A stretch of DNA of 61,025 nucleotides, filler included, from Bipalium vagum (Eukaryota), in NCBI GenBank assembly GCA_037834085.1. It is 3 parts of 3 records of this genome, joined end to end, with 100 filler letters (N's around TTAATTAATTAA, not from the genome) between each part and the next. Parts side by side here need not be neighbours in the genome. Positions count along the whole stretch, not along the records: positions 25,524 to 44,916 come from JBBMKC010271169.1; positions 45,017 to 61,025 come from JBBMKC010132713.1; 1 more part is not named here. The stretch is one strand, 5' to 3'. The stretch's first letter is position 1, and each line of letters begins with the position of its first letter. This document shows positions 37,460-51,500 of this stretch, one piece after another. Made by a program: the position numbers and the translations under genes. A model generated the notes under the pieces. The model was not told the origin of the DNA. It saw only the letters and a program-made list of their open reading frames with translations, and did no database searches.

Positions 37460-39260
37460 GAGAGGCTATTCTTGATTTCTTTTTATTTTTTTGTGTTCTT
37501 AATTTTTAATATTCTTTTGAACTTCATTGACATTAAATATTATTCTTAATCCTAAATTTTTTAACGTACATTTGTGATAAATTGATTTTCAGACAGTTGA
37601 TCAGTTTTGACTTTCATTCATCATCCCAAATGTCCATAAGCTGTGTTTCTTCTTGATGTATAATTATACAATGATTATAATCATTGAAGAGAGATCAGGT
37701 TGATTCTCAATGAACATGAGTTTTTTGTCGTTTGTTAATAGTTTCTTAAAACTTTGAACCTTACCCATAGATACTTGTTTTAATATAAATTCATTGGCAT
37801 TATTCTGAGTTTGCATCACTGTTGATTGTCTGAAATGATACAGGAAAACTACTTCTATGGCAAACCAGATTTATTTTAAAGTAATTGTGTAATGTAATGT
37901 AATTGTGTAAAGTAATTCTATCACTACACTATGACGAATCTTTATTGTAGATGTCATTGCAGGATAATTGAGTTTTCTTGGCAACGATTTCATTCGTATG
38001 ATGTAAATCAGTCGTTGTTTTGTAAATATGCCAAATTACTAATGTCTATGTCACTAAGAGGTTCTGGTGCGATGTTTAGCACTTCCAGAGTATCTTCTAT
38101 ATTGCATGGGACTACGATTTTTACTTTAAGAACTTATCAGCTTGCCTGCGGTCTAAATTCTCACCCAGAGAGTTGTTAAGGTCTTCTTCTCATACCTTTG
38201 TTGGTCCTTCATTTACCTCGACATGATGTCTCATGATTTCCTTGACAAAATAGAAAAAAACTCAGTGCTAATAAGATATCTGGCAATGATACTTACTGCT
38301 TCCAAACATTGGTGTTTAAAAATAATACAACTTGCTGGACAGTTTTATAATATGTAGTTAATAAGTTTTATTGCCTTTGTTTTATTGCAGTTGTTTTTCC
38401 AGGTCTGTATGTGGTGCTGGAATATAATTGAGAACAATAAACTTTATTATTTGTGTCTTCAATTGCAATCACTCTTTGGAGAACGGTTATTTCAAAATAA
38501 TTTTATTGTAATGACCGTTAAATCTGAATACTTCAACCCTCTAGCACGAATAGTCACATCATGTTTGTATATGTTTGGTGGCTTACTCATGCGAAAAAGT
38601 GATTCTCGCTGTTAAGGAGAAGAATTTTCATTAATTGGCAATCAAATTTTGGGTTTGAATTGTGGTTAGGGCAACTATTGTCTGTTTGATATCAGTGACA
38701 TTGGTGCATTCCTTTTAAGTAGTGATTAGATGAGCTCAAAAAATTAATCGATTGGTTGATTGGGTAGATTTTTGCTGACTTTTATTATTAATTCTTGATC
38801 ATCAAAGGACATTTGTTGCTCGACCTCTTGGTTATTGTAAAAGTTCTAGGAATAGTGAAGCAAGGGTTTTGATTTTTTCATTTTAGAGACTGTATCAGCT
38901 TTGTAATCTTTAATGGGAAAGGCATTCAGCCATTTCGTCAAATACTCGTCAAAATTAATTTTTTGATAGGTAATTGATCTACAATGTCCATAGAAATTGA
39001 GTTTATTGGAGCTAATGGCACTGGTATTGGTTTAAGAGGAGATTTCATTTTCGTACCAGTATTTTGGCACACATTGCATGTTTTACACCATTTTTTACAT
39101 CTACTAACCTAGACCAAAACTAGTTTTGTTGTGATTTTGTTTCCCGGTATGACAAGAGGACTCCTAGAATGCCATCATGATATTCTGGTACAGCTTCTTT
39201 ACGTTTGCGAACAAGAGATAAATGGTTTTTTATTCATTCAAAACATTTAATTAGTTTCAT
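37460..39260 (-). mobile_element. Decayed Ty3/gypsy LTR retrotransposon internal region (integrase; possible env-like region downstream)
   Basis: Minus-strand fragments YHDGILG...FWSRLVDV / KWCKTCNVCQNT...PLKPIPVPLAPINSISMDIV... / DEYLTKWLNAFPIKDYKADTV match the H2C2 zinc finger and rve core start of a gypsy integrase. Many stops and frameshifts. Confidence 0.75.
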
Positions 39261-42200
39261 TTAATCTTGATTAAGTATATAACTACAAGAATATTTATTT
39301 TATAACTATCATAATCATTACATTAAACTTTTTTAATTAAATACAGGTCCTATTTAATGAAAAGTTACAATACACTCAATAAAGTTTATATAAAATAACG
39401 ATCAAATACTTGACGTTCGATTATGTAAACGAATGTAAAAGAAGCAAAACGAACTTAAAGTCATTAAATTTTCAAAAATATAGCCAAAGCTTCATTACTT
39501 CATACTAATTACTTCTTTATTGTTTTACATGTTTTTACTTGTTCATACTTGAAGAGATGAAGTTTAAATATACTCAGGAAGGAAATAGATTAGGCAAATT
39601 TCCTTAATAACCACAAAACGTTTTTTGAGTATGGATTCATATAACTATCATTCATAAAAGTATCTCTGGTTTCAATTTCTCATCTGTATAATCTTTATTC
39701 CAATGATTTTAGTATACTATAATCTCCCCAAGGATTCCGGTCTTTACTTCTCCGAAATCCATGTCTTGTGTTAAATCACTTAATCAAAATTTGTGAGTCT
39801 GGGTTATTAAAGTTATAATGGCAGTCAAAACGAAAAATCTTTTAAGCAAAAATATTTCCATCCCACAATTTTTATTTTAATTAATAAAAATAATTATATA
39901 AATTCGTTTAAAATTTTTTATTAAAATTTATAATAAAATAAGAATTTTACAATTTTGTACATAATTTCTATTTTATAAATATATATTATTATAATTACAT
40001 ATTATTTATTATTTTATTAATTATTATAAACAATTGTTTCATATTATTTCAGAGTTATGGTACAAACCTAACAATAGTAATAATAATAAATATGATTATA
40101 TTACACCATCAACTTTTAATTGGCTGTATCACTTTTTTTCATTATTATATATATTAATATTATATATATATTAAGAAATTCAAAAATCGATTCATTTTTC
40201 ATCTTTTACTGTTATAATCATAAGATTAAAAATTTTCTTTATTGAAATGAGCTCTAATATCCAGGTTAATTAGCAAAATTGTCTCCAATATATCCTTACT
40301 ACAAATAGAGAAAGTTTTATAAATTATTATATCTTTTGTCATAAAATAGACAAAATTTAAAGTTTAAAAATAATATTTTTCTTGATCATAATATTATTGT
40401 CTGGAACGTCGTTAGTAAAAAATTTAACTTAGTAATATTAATATTATTTACTGTATTTTTTTAAAATAATTATTCAAGAACACTTTCAAAAAATGACAAA
40501 AAATGATTGTAGTATTTTTAATTTTAAAAATAATTTTCCACCATTACGTTTTGATAAAAACCAATAATTTTTTAAAAAAATTTTTATATAAAAATTTCCC
40601 ACAAAATGAACATATTTTCAACTTTAATATATTATTTAAAAATGTTATTCAACCTTAACATAAACCTACTTTTTCTTTAATATCAATTTATTTATATTAC
40701 TTAAACTATTAATATTCATAATTCTTGTCCTGAATATTTCTAAAGATTGTTTTACTTAGTTTAGAAGAAAATAACAAAGCGTTTTTGTTTTAATTTCAAT
40801 GACTTATCCGTTTCTTAACCGTTCACTCTTGAATTCATAATAAGATAAATACAGTCTTTAAATCTTTTTAAAAGCTTTCGATGCTTTTAGTTCCATGAAA
40901 ATAGAAGAAAAAAATTTCTTATTACATTTTATATAAAGTGAGAAAAGGAGAGAAAAATTTATTTTACTTTTTTTCAATAAGAAAAAGATTGAAAAAATAA
41001 TACCAAAAATTGATATGGTAAAGAAGTCTATTAAAAAGAAAAATCCTTATGAACCCTCCAAAGATTCTGATCATTCATTGTAAGAGCTTGTCAATAAAAT
41101 ATTTTTAGATTTCAAAATTTGAAAAAAATTATTTTTATTTTACAATCAATTACAGAACTTTTAATCGTAAATTATTGCAAAATTTAATTATTTCATATTT
41201 TTTTGATGATCAAAATGTGAGTGATCAACATCCTTATTTAAAATTCTAATATTTATCCTTTACAATTTTATTGTTTTTTCTACAGAAAAACCTTCATCTT
41301 AATTTTAAATTAATTAATCCTTAGCAAATTAATAAATAAATAATTAAGACTTTTTATAAATAAGCATTGACTATTTTATTCTGTAAATATATATTGATCA
41401 TTATAAATTCGATTTATTTATATACAGTGTTAGTCTATAAATATGGAATTAAAAAATTTCTCACACATGCATATGCATGGGACATACATGGTACAATGAA
41501 AGCAGTTGTAAAATTCTACGAGTCAATTATACACGACTTATAATATTTTGTTAAATTTTAAAATAAATGTAGTCTTATCAAAACACTTTTTTGAATAATA
41601 TAAATATAGAGAAAATTTGATATGATTAGTCCGGTGTTTTTTGCCCAAGTTTTGTTTAAGATTATTCAAATATACTTCCATGTTCTGTTTATCAAAATTT
41701 TTCCATCTGCTAGATTGAAGAAATTCCTTGAATGACTTATTGTATGATGCCGGAATCCAAAATTCGAAGAACTCATAAAGTTATGAAGACTGTAAAAAAA
41801 CGAAATTGCGTTTCTTGAGTGTTGATGGCAAAAGGTCATTTCCAAACTACTGATATGATTGTGATTGAATTTTAACTTGCTGGAGTTGGCTCTAGCTAAG
41901 TATTTCTTCCAAATATTATGCGTGTTGATGATCATTCTGATTACACATTTTCCATAATTGTATTGATTTCTGCTTTTTTAACTAAGTGTTCTGACGTCAT
42001 AAAACCATCTGCTACCGAATTTTGGTTTGGTGTCGTGAAGTAGAATCCGGTATTTTACTTGTTCTCCTAGTGTTTACCTCTGACAAAGACCTCTGATTCA
42101 AAGGACTTTTTGACACCAATAATTATGTTTTTTATTCTATTGTTGTCATTTGTATATGAGAATTAAGGTTTTGACCTGAAATTCTCTTTTTTCTATCGAC

Positions 42201-43231
42201 GCATTTTCCATTCCTCATATAAAATAAATAATAGTTAAATATTACTTGAAAAAATTTACATAAAATTTAAATAGATAATTACCCATATTTGCACATTTCT
42301 CATTAAAAAATTAATAAAATTTTAAATAAAATGTGGAAATTATTATTATATATTATTAATTATTTATTAATTTTGTAGAATAAAATTATTCATTAAACTA
42401 AAATACTATTTTCTACAGTCGAAAATTTCAGTTATGTAAAATGTAAGAGATAGAAATCCTAATTTTAATTTTCAATATAGAATGGATTTCGTTTGTGTCG
42501 CAGTAAAAGCAGATAATCAAAAGAAGTTCAATGAAATAAGAAGTCGACAAAGGGTTTTTAATTATAGAACGTTGCATCAATTATAATGAAACAATTTTAA
42601 AGGGAATTGCAGAAGATTACATTTTCTATATTCAATTAAAAAGAATGAAATTCACAAAATAATTTTTATTTTCAATTTTATCATTTAAGGTATGTCAAGT
42701 AACTTTATTGACTAAAATTTCAAAAAATAATACATATATAATTTATTTATAATAGCGAAATTTACATGTTATTTCTCCTTGTAACCATTTCGAAAAAAAA
42801 CGCGTAGAAACCCCATGAAATTAATAATTTAGAATCCTCTGAAATGATTATAATAAAAATAAATATATGATATTTCAATTTTTCCACTAAAATTTAATTA
42901 GTTTTTATTCTGTGTTCAAGGAATAACATATTTATATTCAAAGGTATTCTTTTTAAAAATATCGTTCTTTTTTAAAAAACCAAATTTTTTCAAATATTCT
43001 TAAGTAAAAAATTATTGTTAGAAAAATAAAATTAGAATATAAATTTTAAATAATTGAGAGGGCAAGAAAATTCTATATAAAGTCATTTAACTTCAATTTA
43101 ACTGTATTTTAAATCAAATAATCATTGTTTAAATAACATTAAAAGATAATCGACAAATTTCAATTTCAATCAGTAAGTTGATTTCAAAATGCTTTTCGTT
43201 GCTTTCTTTCGTTTTTTATGTGTGAGTATTA

Positions 43232-43600
43232 ATATGGAAAATCGGAACATGTATCTGATGCATATTTTACTTTTCTATTATCGGAAAGGGAAAAATGCAT
43301 TCCAAACTTGTGAAAAATATAAGTGTGTGAAAAGAATGCCAACATTTGAGAAATCTCGAAGAGATGTGTTTTCACTCAAATATAATCAGCAATCCACTAG
43401 TGTGAAAAACTCTCGAAGTTAAAGACTTAATCATCAAAAAACCACGCGTTACATTGCAAGGAAGTGTAGTGTATCGTATAGAACCATCGAAAGCACATCC
43501 ATAATATGGGCTACTTGAGAAAACTCGATTTATTGGTTTATTAATAACTAAAAGAAAGTCACATTAGATAACGCTTTGAAATCAGCGACTTGGTTATCAA
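43232..43600 (+). mobile_element. Mariner N-terminal relic
   Basis: MENRNMYLMHILLFYYRKGKNAFQTCEK matches the mariner start motif RHILLFYFRKGKNASQA. Confidence 0.7.
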
Positions 43601-44916
43601 ATAGGTATATCTGTTACCACGTTATTCGAAAATATATTCTGTGCTATTGAGACAACATTTCCATTATTAGTTTTTGGTTTATGTGACACTAATATTGTCT
43701 TACCTAAAATCTTGTTTTTTTGAGTTGAAACTGCCATAATTGTTTGCTGAACAACGATTAGTTTGTTGACAGGTGGTCATTATTGTTTTTCAATGTCTTT
43801 AGAATGATATGACCGTCCTTTGTCCTTTAGTCAAAGATATTCATTTTGAAGCTTTCAACTCAACGTTCGCAAGTAAATTGAAATATAAGGCTTGTTAGTT
43901 CGCAAGAAAAATAAAAATTTGATTTTAATTAATCGATTCTAATGTCACCATTCTTGCAAATAGATTATTTTAGACAAAAAATATTATTTAAAGTAGTAAA
44001 ATAAAAATTTAACTATAAAATATAAAATTAAATATTAAAAATTTCTGAAACCAAAAATAATTTATTCATTGCTTCGTAACATAAACATTTATTCATTTCT
44101 TTATTTATTATCAATATTAGTTTTTATGTTATTTTTTAAAAGTAGAAATTCAAGATAAATAAATTTATAGAAAAGTAAAATGGTCATAAATTTTATTGAG
44201 AAATTTTTCCCAATAAATTTTATTAAAGTCAATCGAGATTATTCATTGATTTTATTTAAATTTATTGAAATAAGAACATTAAAGTCTAAATGACTTTAAT
44301 CATAATAAAAGCAAACATAAACAAGTGAAAGCAATTTAATGAAATTAGCATATGTGAATTTTCAGTGAATTAAAACAATAAATTTATTACTGCTTCAACA
44401 AAAATTATGGAATTTATTCAAAAGTACATTTTAGTTTAATTAAATAATTAGATAAAGTTTAAAACTAATAAAATTTAATCAAATTGTTGATATTTTATTG
44501 ACATTTAGACATTTCATCAATCTAATTAAGGTCCATTATAAAATTATTGGGCAATTCTCAATGGAGCTAAATTGTGGCTACTATTTTCAGAAAGATTAAA
44601 AAGAATAATTATATTAAATTTAAATTTTTTCCTAGATGGAACTGAAAAATATTTTTACTGTTTGCTTGTTAAATTATTTTTTGATGTTTATATTAAGCTC
44701 TACACATAAAATAATAATTTGAGAAATTTTCTTCTGAAACTTGATGAAAGAGAATATAAGATTAGAAAAAATACAGTTTAGTTTAAACAAAATAACAATT
44801 TTTTAAAAAAGATTTTCATTAAATATTCTTATAAATAATAAAAATTAATAAATTAATTCATTTTTTAAAAAAAATTTGAATTTATATTTATTGAATTTAT
44901 TTATATTAAATTTATT

Positions 44917-45016
44917 NNNNNNNNNNNNNNNNNNNNNNNNNNNNNNNNNNNNNNNNNNNNTTAATTAATTAANNNNNNNNNNNNNNNNNNNNNNNNNNNN
45001 NNNNNNNNNNNNNNNN
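44917..45016. other. Assembly gap with artificial spacer (44N-TTAATTAATTAA-44N)
   Basis: Same structure as 25424-25523. Confidence 0.97.
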
Positions 45017-45328
45017 ACTTCAAAAAATATTGCGAAAGTTCAATCAAGTGTCGATTCCAATCCCAGAACCTCTCTTCGACGACGTTCCCAAGAGTTGGTC
45101 ATCAGTAAAGGAAGTTTAGTAAGGATTTTAAAACTGAACTTAAACATGAAGCCATCAAAAGAGCAAATGAATGTAAGGCATCTAGAGGAGGCCATCTAGA
45201 AAATATTATTTTCCACGCGTAAATTTTATGTCTAAATAAAGTTTTATAGAAAAAATCTGTCTTGGTTTTCATTTTTATAAAAAGATATTTAAAAAAATAA
45301 AATAGTCAGTTACTTATGAAACACCCTG
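45017..45328 (+). mobile_element. Deleted DD41D/rosa-like element 3' part with TIR
   Basis: NIAKVQSSVDSNPRTSLRRRSQEL.ISKGSL.RILK and C-terminal RANECKASRGGHLENII. It ends TATGAAACACCCTG|TA, the same TIR core as the element at 2579. Confidence 0.75.
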
Positions 45329-45587
45329 TACTTAATTAAAATTATGATAAATAATAAAAGAATATAAAATTTATATTCTGACAGTTAAATATAAAATTTT
45401 CATTTTTGATTCATAAATCATTAAAATGAAAAAGATATTTGAACCATTCAATAAGATAAGTCTTATTTTGTTTTACGTATTAATTTAATTGGCTGTCATG
45501 ACAATTTAAAAAGGTGGGATTTCAATTGATATATGTTATTTGAAAAAAGAGCCCTGTTAAGATTCGCAACAAATCTAATGAGGTAAC

Positions 45588-48500
45588 ATGTCGGAAATAT
45601 TAAATTTTTATTTAAAAAAATATGGAGTCGCTGATAATACAGTAGAAGATTTGAAAATTACTTCCGAAAATAATGCTAGGTAATTTCAATATACTGCGAA
45701 ATATCAAATTAAACACTGATTTATCAGACAAAGATGGGAACTTTTAAGGAAAAGCATTGACAATGTATCAAAATTAATAGAAAAATGTGATTTGAAAAAT
45801 AATAAGATATCAAACGACATAAAATTTAACTTCAGAATAAATCATGAGAGCGATATTGAGCAGGTACCTTATTTCATTCGGCCAGCTGTTATTATTGGTA
45901 TATTATTTAGGCATCATATATGCCAGTGACGAATTTATATTTGACTCTTGATGGCGGCTCGGTAAGATTATTTAGTCCTAACGGCGAACTAAAGGATTGT
46001 AAACTTTATACGGACATAAATACCTCATTCACGAGAATACAACATACAAATTTGAGAGACCGATATATAGCGTGGGCACCAAATACCGAAGAGCTGTCAA
46101 TGTTAGATTCAAGATTTGAAGTAAATCTATACAAACTTTATAAAAAAATATTTGCTTTATCATTATTGATTATTTGAATAATTTATTTTTTTTCTGTAGT
46201 ATTAATAATGTTATTATTGAGTTATCAATGATTTTTTACTTTGTCCTAAAAAGAGTTTTAATGAATTTAATTTAGATTAGTCGTTTTATTTTTATTTTTG
46301 AAAAATTTTGTATTTTGAAATGGTATCTTTCAAGACACCAACAATTATTGGTTATATTGCATTATGATAGATTGTCGATCCAAAATGGAACCCAAATAGG
46401 TAGAAGAATTATGTCACGTTTTCTTAAAGAAAATTTAAAATGATTTTTGTGACTGACTAGTTCCAACGGATACTATTATGAACCAGTCAACTCAATCTTC
46501 TGGGTTAAACATTAATGATCAAGGATTGTTTCATTACTGGAATAAACGATGTTAAAATCGATGTGTAACGACCTGAATGTATGTGGAAAAATTTAAAAGC
46601 AGAATTTTGGTCTGCTAAGGAAGAATCAATAGTTTCTCTCTTTGACACCAAGTATTGAATTATTAACAAGATTATTGTTTCAAGTAGATCTTCGATCTTT
46701 GTTACTCATAAATGATTAATATTGACATTTTATCATGTATATATTTGAAAAATATAAAGTTTCTTAATCCTTTTTTTAAAATTAGTTTTTATGGAATGGA
46801 GTAAGTAGTTTATTTATTTGTTTAATCGTTTGACTTATTATCATTATATTATTATTATTTATTTGAATATTTAATTTAAAATTCTAAAGGTAATTGAAAA
46901 AGTGAATCCAAGTCTATTTTGTGGACCTATCACAGATTTACTATACAATGAAGACAAGAACGAAATTATTTCATCACATACCAATAATTTAGTCATGTGG
47001 CAATTTCGTTATTCCGACCGACATCTGATGCCACGAATGAAAACATCCTTTAACGTTAAAACTAAATTTCCAACTACTTTTGCTATAGAACGAACGCAAC
47101 GAAACTTTCAACGTCTTTTTATAGCCAACGAATACAGTGTTTCAGTTATTGATTTATTAAAAGGTGTTGTAATTGGAACCCATATATCCCTTCATGAAAG
47201 AGCTATCACAGCACTTACATTTTTCAACCCATTAAAAATTTTGGTAACCGGATCTAAAGATGGATCCATAAAAGTTTGGTCTTTTCAAAATGAGAATATT
47301 CAGCTGAAAATGGTGTTTCGAGCTCACACAAAACCTATAAATCACTTGGCATTGTTTCCAGGAGGTTACCAAGCCACGGTTGCCTCTTGTGCTGACGATA
47401 GAACAGTCAGAGCCTGGAACATTGAATTGGGAGATGAAATCGATCATTTGAATTTAGAATATAACTGTAAATCGTTGGGATCATATTACAGTAAATCAGA
47501 TTTTTTCACTCTCGGTTCCAATTTTCTTGATTTTTGGAGTGTAAATCATCTTATTGATGATTTGATGCTTTTAACAGAGCCAATTTTCAGTATAGAACCA
47601 ATTTTAGAAAATCATCAACAAATGGTTGCTCGTTGCAGAAATAACCTTATTTTTTTCTTTCAACCTTCAAAAGACTATCAAATAATAACAAAAACCGTCA
47701 TTGGAAAGGAAGAAGATTTCCTCTCAGATAATAACAAAATTGTCTCTGCTGCTTACTTTGAAGAAAGAAATCTTTTTCTGGTGTTGGTAGAAGTAAGTCG
47801 AATATTTAATTTAATTTAATTGATATACCCTTAATTCTGATTAAAGACGTGTCTTTATACTTATGCAAAATATTTCTTCAATATAAGTCTTAATGGTACA
47901 TTCAAAAGCTAAATTTCTTTACCTCTATTTCTAAAAAACTTAAGAGACAATTTATCATCATCGACATTAAAGACACCATAGATATCTCCAAAAAACATTA
48001 CCTTTTCTTAAATAAAAAAGAATAATATTTCTAAAATGTTTCTTATTTTCTATTAATAATATTATTTATAAACAAAAAAAAATGTTGAAATTCAATTTGA
48101 TCCAGTTTTGTTTAAAGGGACTATTTAGAATTTCGAAAGCTTTTGACTTGAGCGCTGCCGATTGTTATAGAGGATCCATTTCTCTTTGAACTTCACAATG
48201 CAATAGAGAAATGGGTCGTTATTGTTGCGCAGGAATTTTTTAAGATTCTGTCAAAAGTTTTTTCACTTTTCCATTTTTCTTCAAATGTCGGACAACGATT
48301 GATTGGTCAACCCTGAGTTCTTCAGTGACTTCTCGGGTACTTTTTCGAGAGTCAATTTCGTTTAACTTTTTCAAGTTCCGATGGACAACTGTCGTGTTCT
48401 TCATTCTCAAGGCTCTGATTAACAATACGAAATTGTGTGAACCACCATTGCACCAAACGTTCATCAGCAGTATTTTGCCCAAAAGCTTTGTTGATATTGA

Positions 48501-51500
48501 GAGCCGCCTTGGCTGCTTTTCGACCTAGTTTGAATTCAAATAAAATATTGTTTCTTTTTCAGCTTTGCTAAAATGATAAAAATATAACTTTAATGAACAA
48601 CAGTCAAATCATATCCATTATAAAAATATGTAGCAGATTTCAGGCTTTAAATCGAAACATATATTGACATAATTGAATTTAGAATTTATTAAAATTTCAA
48701 TGATAAATTTAAAAAATACGTAAACCGACATTTCTTTTGCATCTATCTTATAAATAAACACGATGAAACTTAGTTTCCAAATTTAATAGACGATGTTAAC
48801 TGTTTTCAAAAAAACATGATCCTTCATTTGAATTTATTATATCATAAAGTATGAAATGAATAGACTTAATACCAAATTTTACTTCTGCCATCTTGTCAGT
48901 AGTTCTGAGATGCCTGGTTTGATATCATCAATAAAGACATTCTGGACAGCCCATTGGGATTGAAAATTTTTCCTTGTAAGAAAGAATGGTAGTTTTTTCT
49001 TTATTTACTTCACGAGTGATTGATTTTGTTATTTATTTATATTTTTCAAGTACTTAATATAAAAATTGTTAAAATTTTGTTTTTTAAAATTTATTTAGGA
49101 CAATAGAATTCTACTGTACAATAGTAAACTTCATCCAATGTTACTTGATTCAAGTGTTCAAATTCAATCACAAGACACCTTGGTTTTGTTAAGAGTTTGT
49201 AAACTCGGTACAGAAACAAATAAAAAATCTCAAAGTAAAACTCTCATTTTATCAGGTTCATCAAAAGGATTTATTAAAATACACAGCAGCTTCCATCTGG
49301 AAACAATAATTTATGAAACTGAAGCCCATGTCAATTCGTCAATAACTTCCATGCTGACGGATCCTTCCAACAGAAAGCTTTTTACAACTGGAACCGATAA
49401 TTGTATAAATGTCTGGATAATTCAACCATATTCATCTGAACCTTTATCGAAAATTAACTCTTTCTTTTCTGATTTTCTACCGGTACATTTAGCTAATATC
49501 GACATATACTTATTCGTAATTTTCGATGATCCAGGCGGTTCTCAATACCCATCTGTAATATACAACATTCAGACTCGTGGACGATATGACCATTCACCAG
49601 ATCACAACCATGTAGAACCAGTGAATTCTATAAGTTCTTGTTGTAAAATGAGATTGTTTCTTTCCTGTTCTTCTGGAACGGAAAATCTTATAAAGATATG
49701 GTCTTGTCACAACGTTCTTCTAAGACAAATTGAGATTTATTTACCGATTAATTACGCTATTTTCTCTTCAGATAGAGCCGATATCATTTTGGCAATTGAA
49801 AATCGCGTTTGCTCAATAGACTGTAAGAAGTATCTACCTGAAGCATTTATTAAAAAGCAAATTCTGATGAACTTCGACAGTTGTTCCAGTGAGAATGATG
49901 ATCAGGTTGAGTTTGATAGCGAAATTTATCAGAATAAATTTGACATTGAAGATCGAATTAAAATGGAGGGTATAAAATTGATATTCAGATATAAAAGTTA
50001 TGCGGACCCTTTGACCGAGAAGGAAATAGCAGAATTGTCCATGATTAGTGAGACCCGAAAAAGGAACTTTGATAATTTGAAGGCCATTGATAATGATATT
50101 GCCAATATTCAGGATGGACAATACCCGAAACACAGTAAAAACTATGAAAAGTTTCTGGAAGTACCACAAAAATCGGATATTTTTGATCATTATGTCTCTA
50201 ATGTCATCAAATACTTAAAAATACCTTTTCCATTAGAAAAAATCATGATAGAAAAAGACGGTGTTAAACTCCAAGAAAAGTATAAGGAATCGAAAAAAGG
50301 TGGTTTTTTCCCATATCCTGAAATCGTGATGGCGGAAATGAGGCCGCCTGACAATATAAGAATAGGGGGTTATATTCCCAATTCGTTAATCTTGCAATCT
50401 TTGTGGCCACCGAAAGTTCTTGAAGAAAAGGCCGATACATGGAAGCCTCCTAAATTCTCGTCTCTGGATATTCAGGAGCTGTCAAAAAAATTTGCCGAAG
50501 ACAACTTTGATGACGAATCAACAACCTTTTTCGATTGGGGATCGGACGAGGAATCTGAAAAGTTTATCATGTCTCCTTCTCCAACAGAAAATGTCCCGGA
50601 AACGCTGTCTGATGATGTTTTAAGTAAATATGGATCTCTATTAGAATCTAGACCTTCAATTACAAAAGAATCAACCGAGAATTTGAAACCGCTGGAATCA
50701 GAATTCACCAAAGAAAGTCTGGATAAACCTCTGGTTAACGTCTTATCAAAATCCAGTTCAAAATTATCTGATAATTCAAGCAAAAAGACCACAATGTCTG
50801 ACAACCGTAAAGTAAGGTTTCCATCAATTGCTGATAGCATTTCAGTTTCGGAACGGCAAAATTCCGATATTTCCATCACACATTCGTCCGGTTTCTTTTT
50901 AACTCAAGTTCCGGACCAAGAAGACGTGAAAATAGATACTGTCTTTTCATTACCGAAGTTTTTGTTGCAATTTAGTCAAGAAGAATGGTTTGTCAAGATC
51001 TGTCCTCCTCCATACCATGAAAAATCGTGTCTCAAACGTTTGCCATCTCCTTTAGATCAGAATTCTTTCATCACGTTCCTTGTACAAATTCTTAACAATA
51101 CGAAAGATGACAACGAAATTTTCGGCATTGTTAAAGCAATCAGTACGCTCTGTTCAAGCGAGAGTATCGAAAAGAAGAATTTGTCCATTATAAACGATGT
51201 GATCGGAAGCAAAATCAGTGAAATGAGCTTGGACAATGACAGAAAAACAGCTCTGTTTAAGACAGGATTACAGCTGATGTCTTCATTGGAAGGCGTCTTG
51301 GATAGGTCTGTGATAGTGATCTGTTTGAGCCGATTCTTTGATGCAGATCTTGAGTTGAAAAAATTTTTGAAATTTCTTCTCTACGAAATGGGTTTGGAAG
51401 ATAACACGGATGTCATTGATAGGGAGTTGACAAATTTTAAGCTGATGTCCATAAAGTCAGGTTCAGAGAGAATTGCAGAATCGGTAAAAATGGTTTCTGC

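Noticed and set aside
41666-41935. 89-aa ORF or MULE-like relic
   Set aside because: No reliable motif in any frame, so it cannot be assigned.
49834-50879. Antisense ORFs of 118 and 135 aa (also 47232-47447, 15913-16125, 5594-5917)
   Set aside because: They are shadows of real coding or TE sequence on the opposite strand, with no motifs or splice support.
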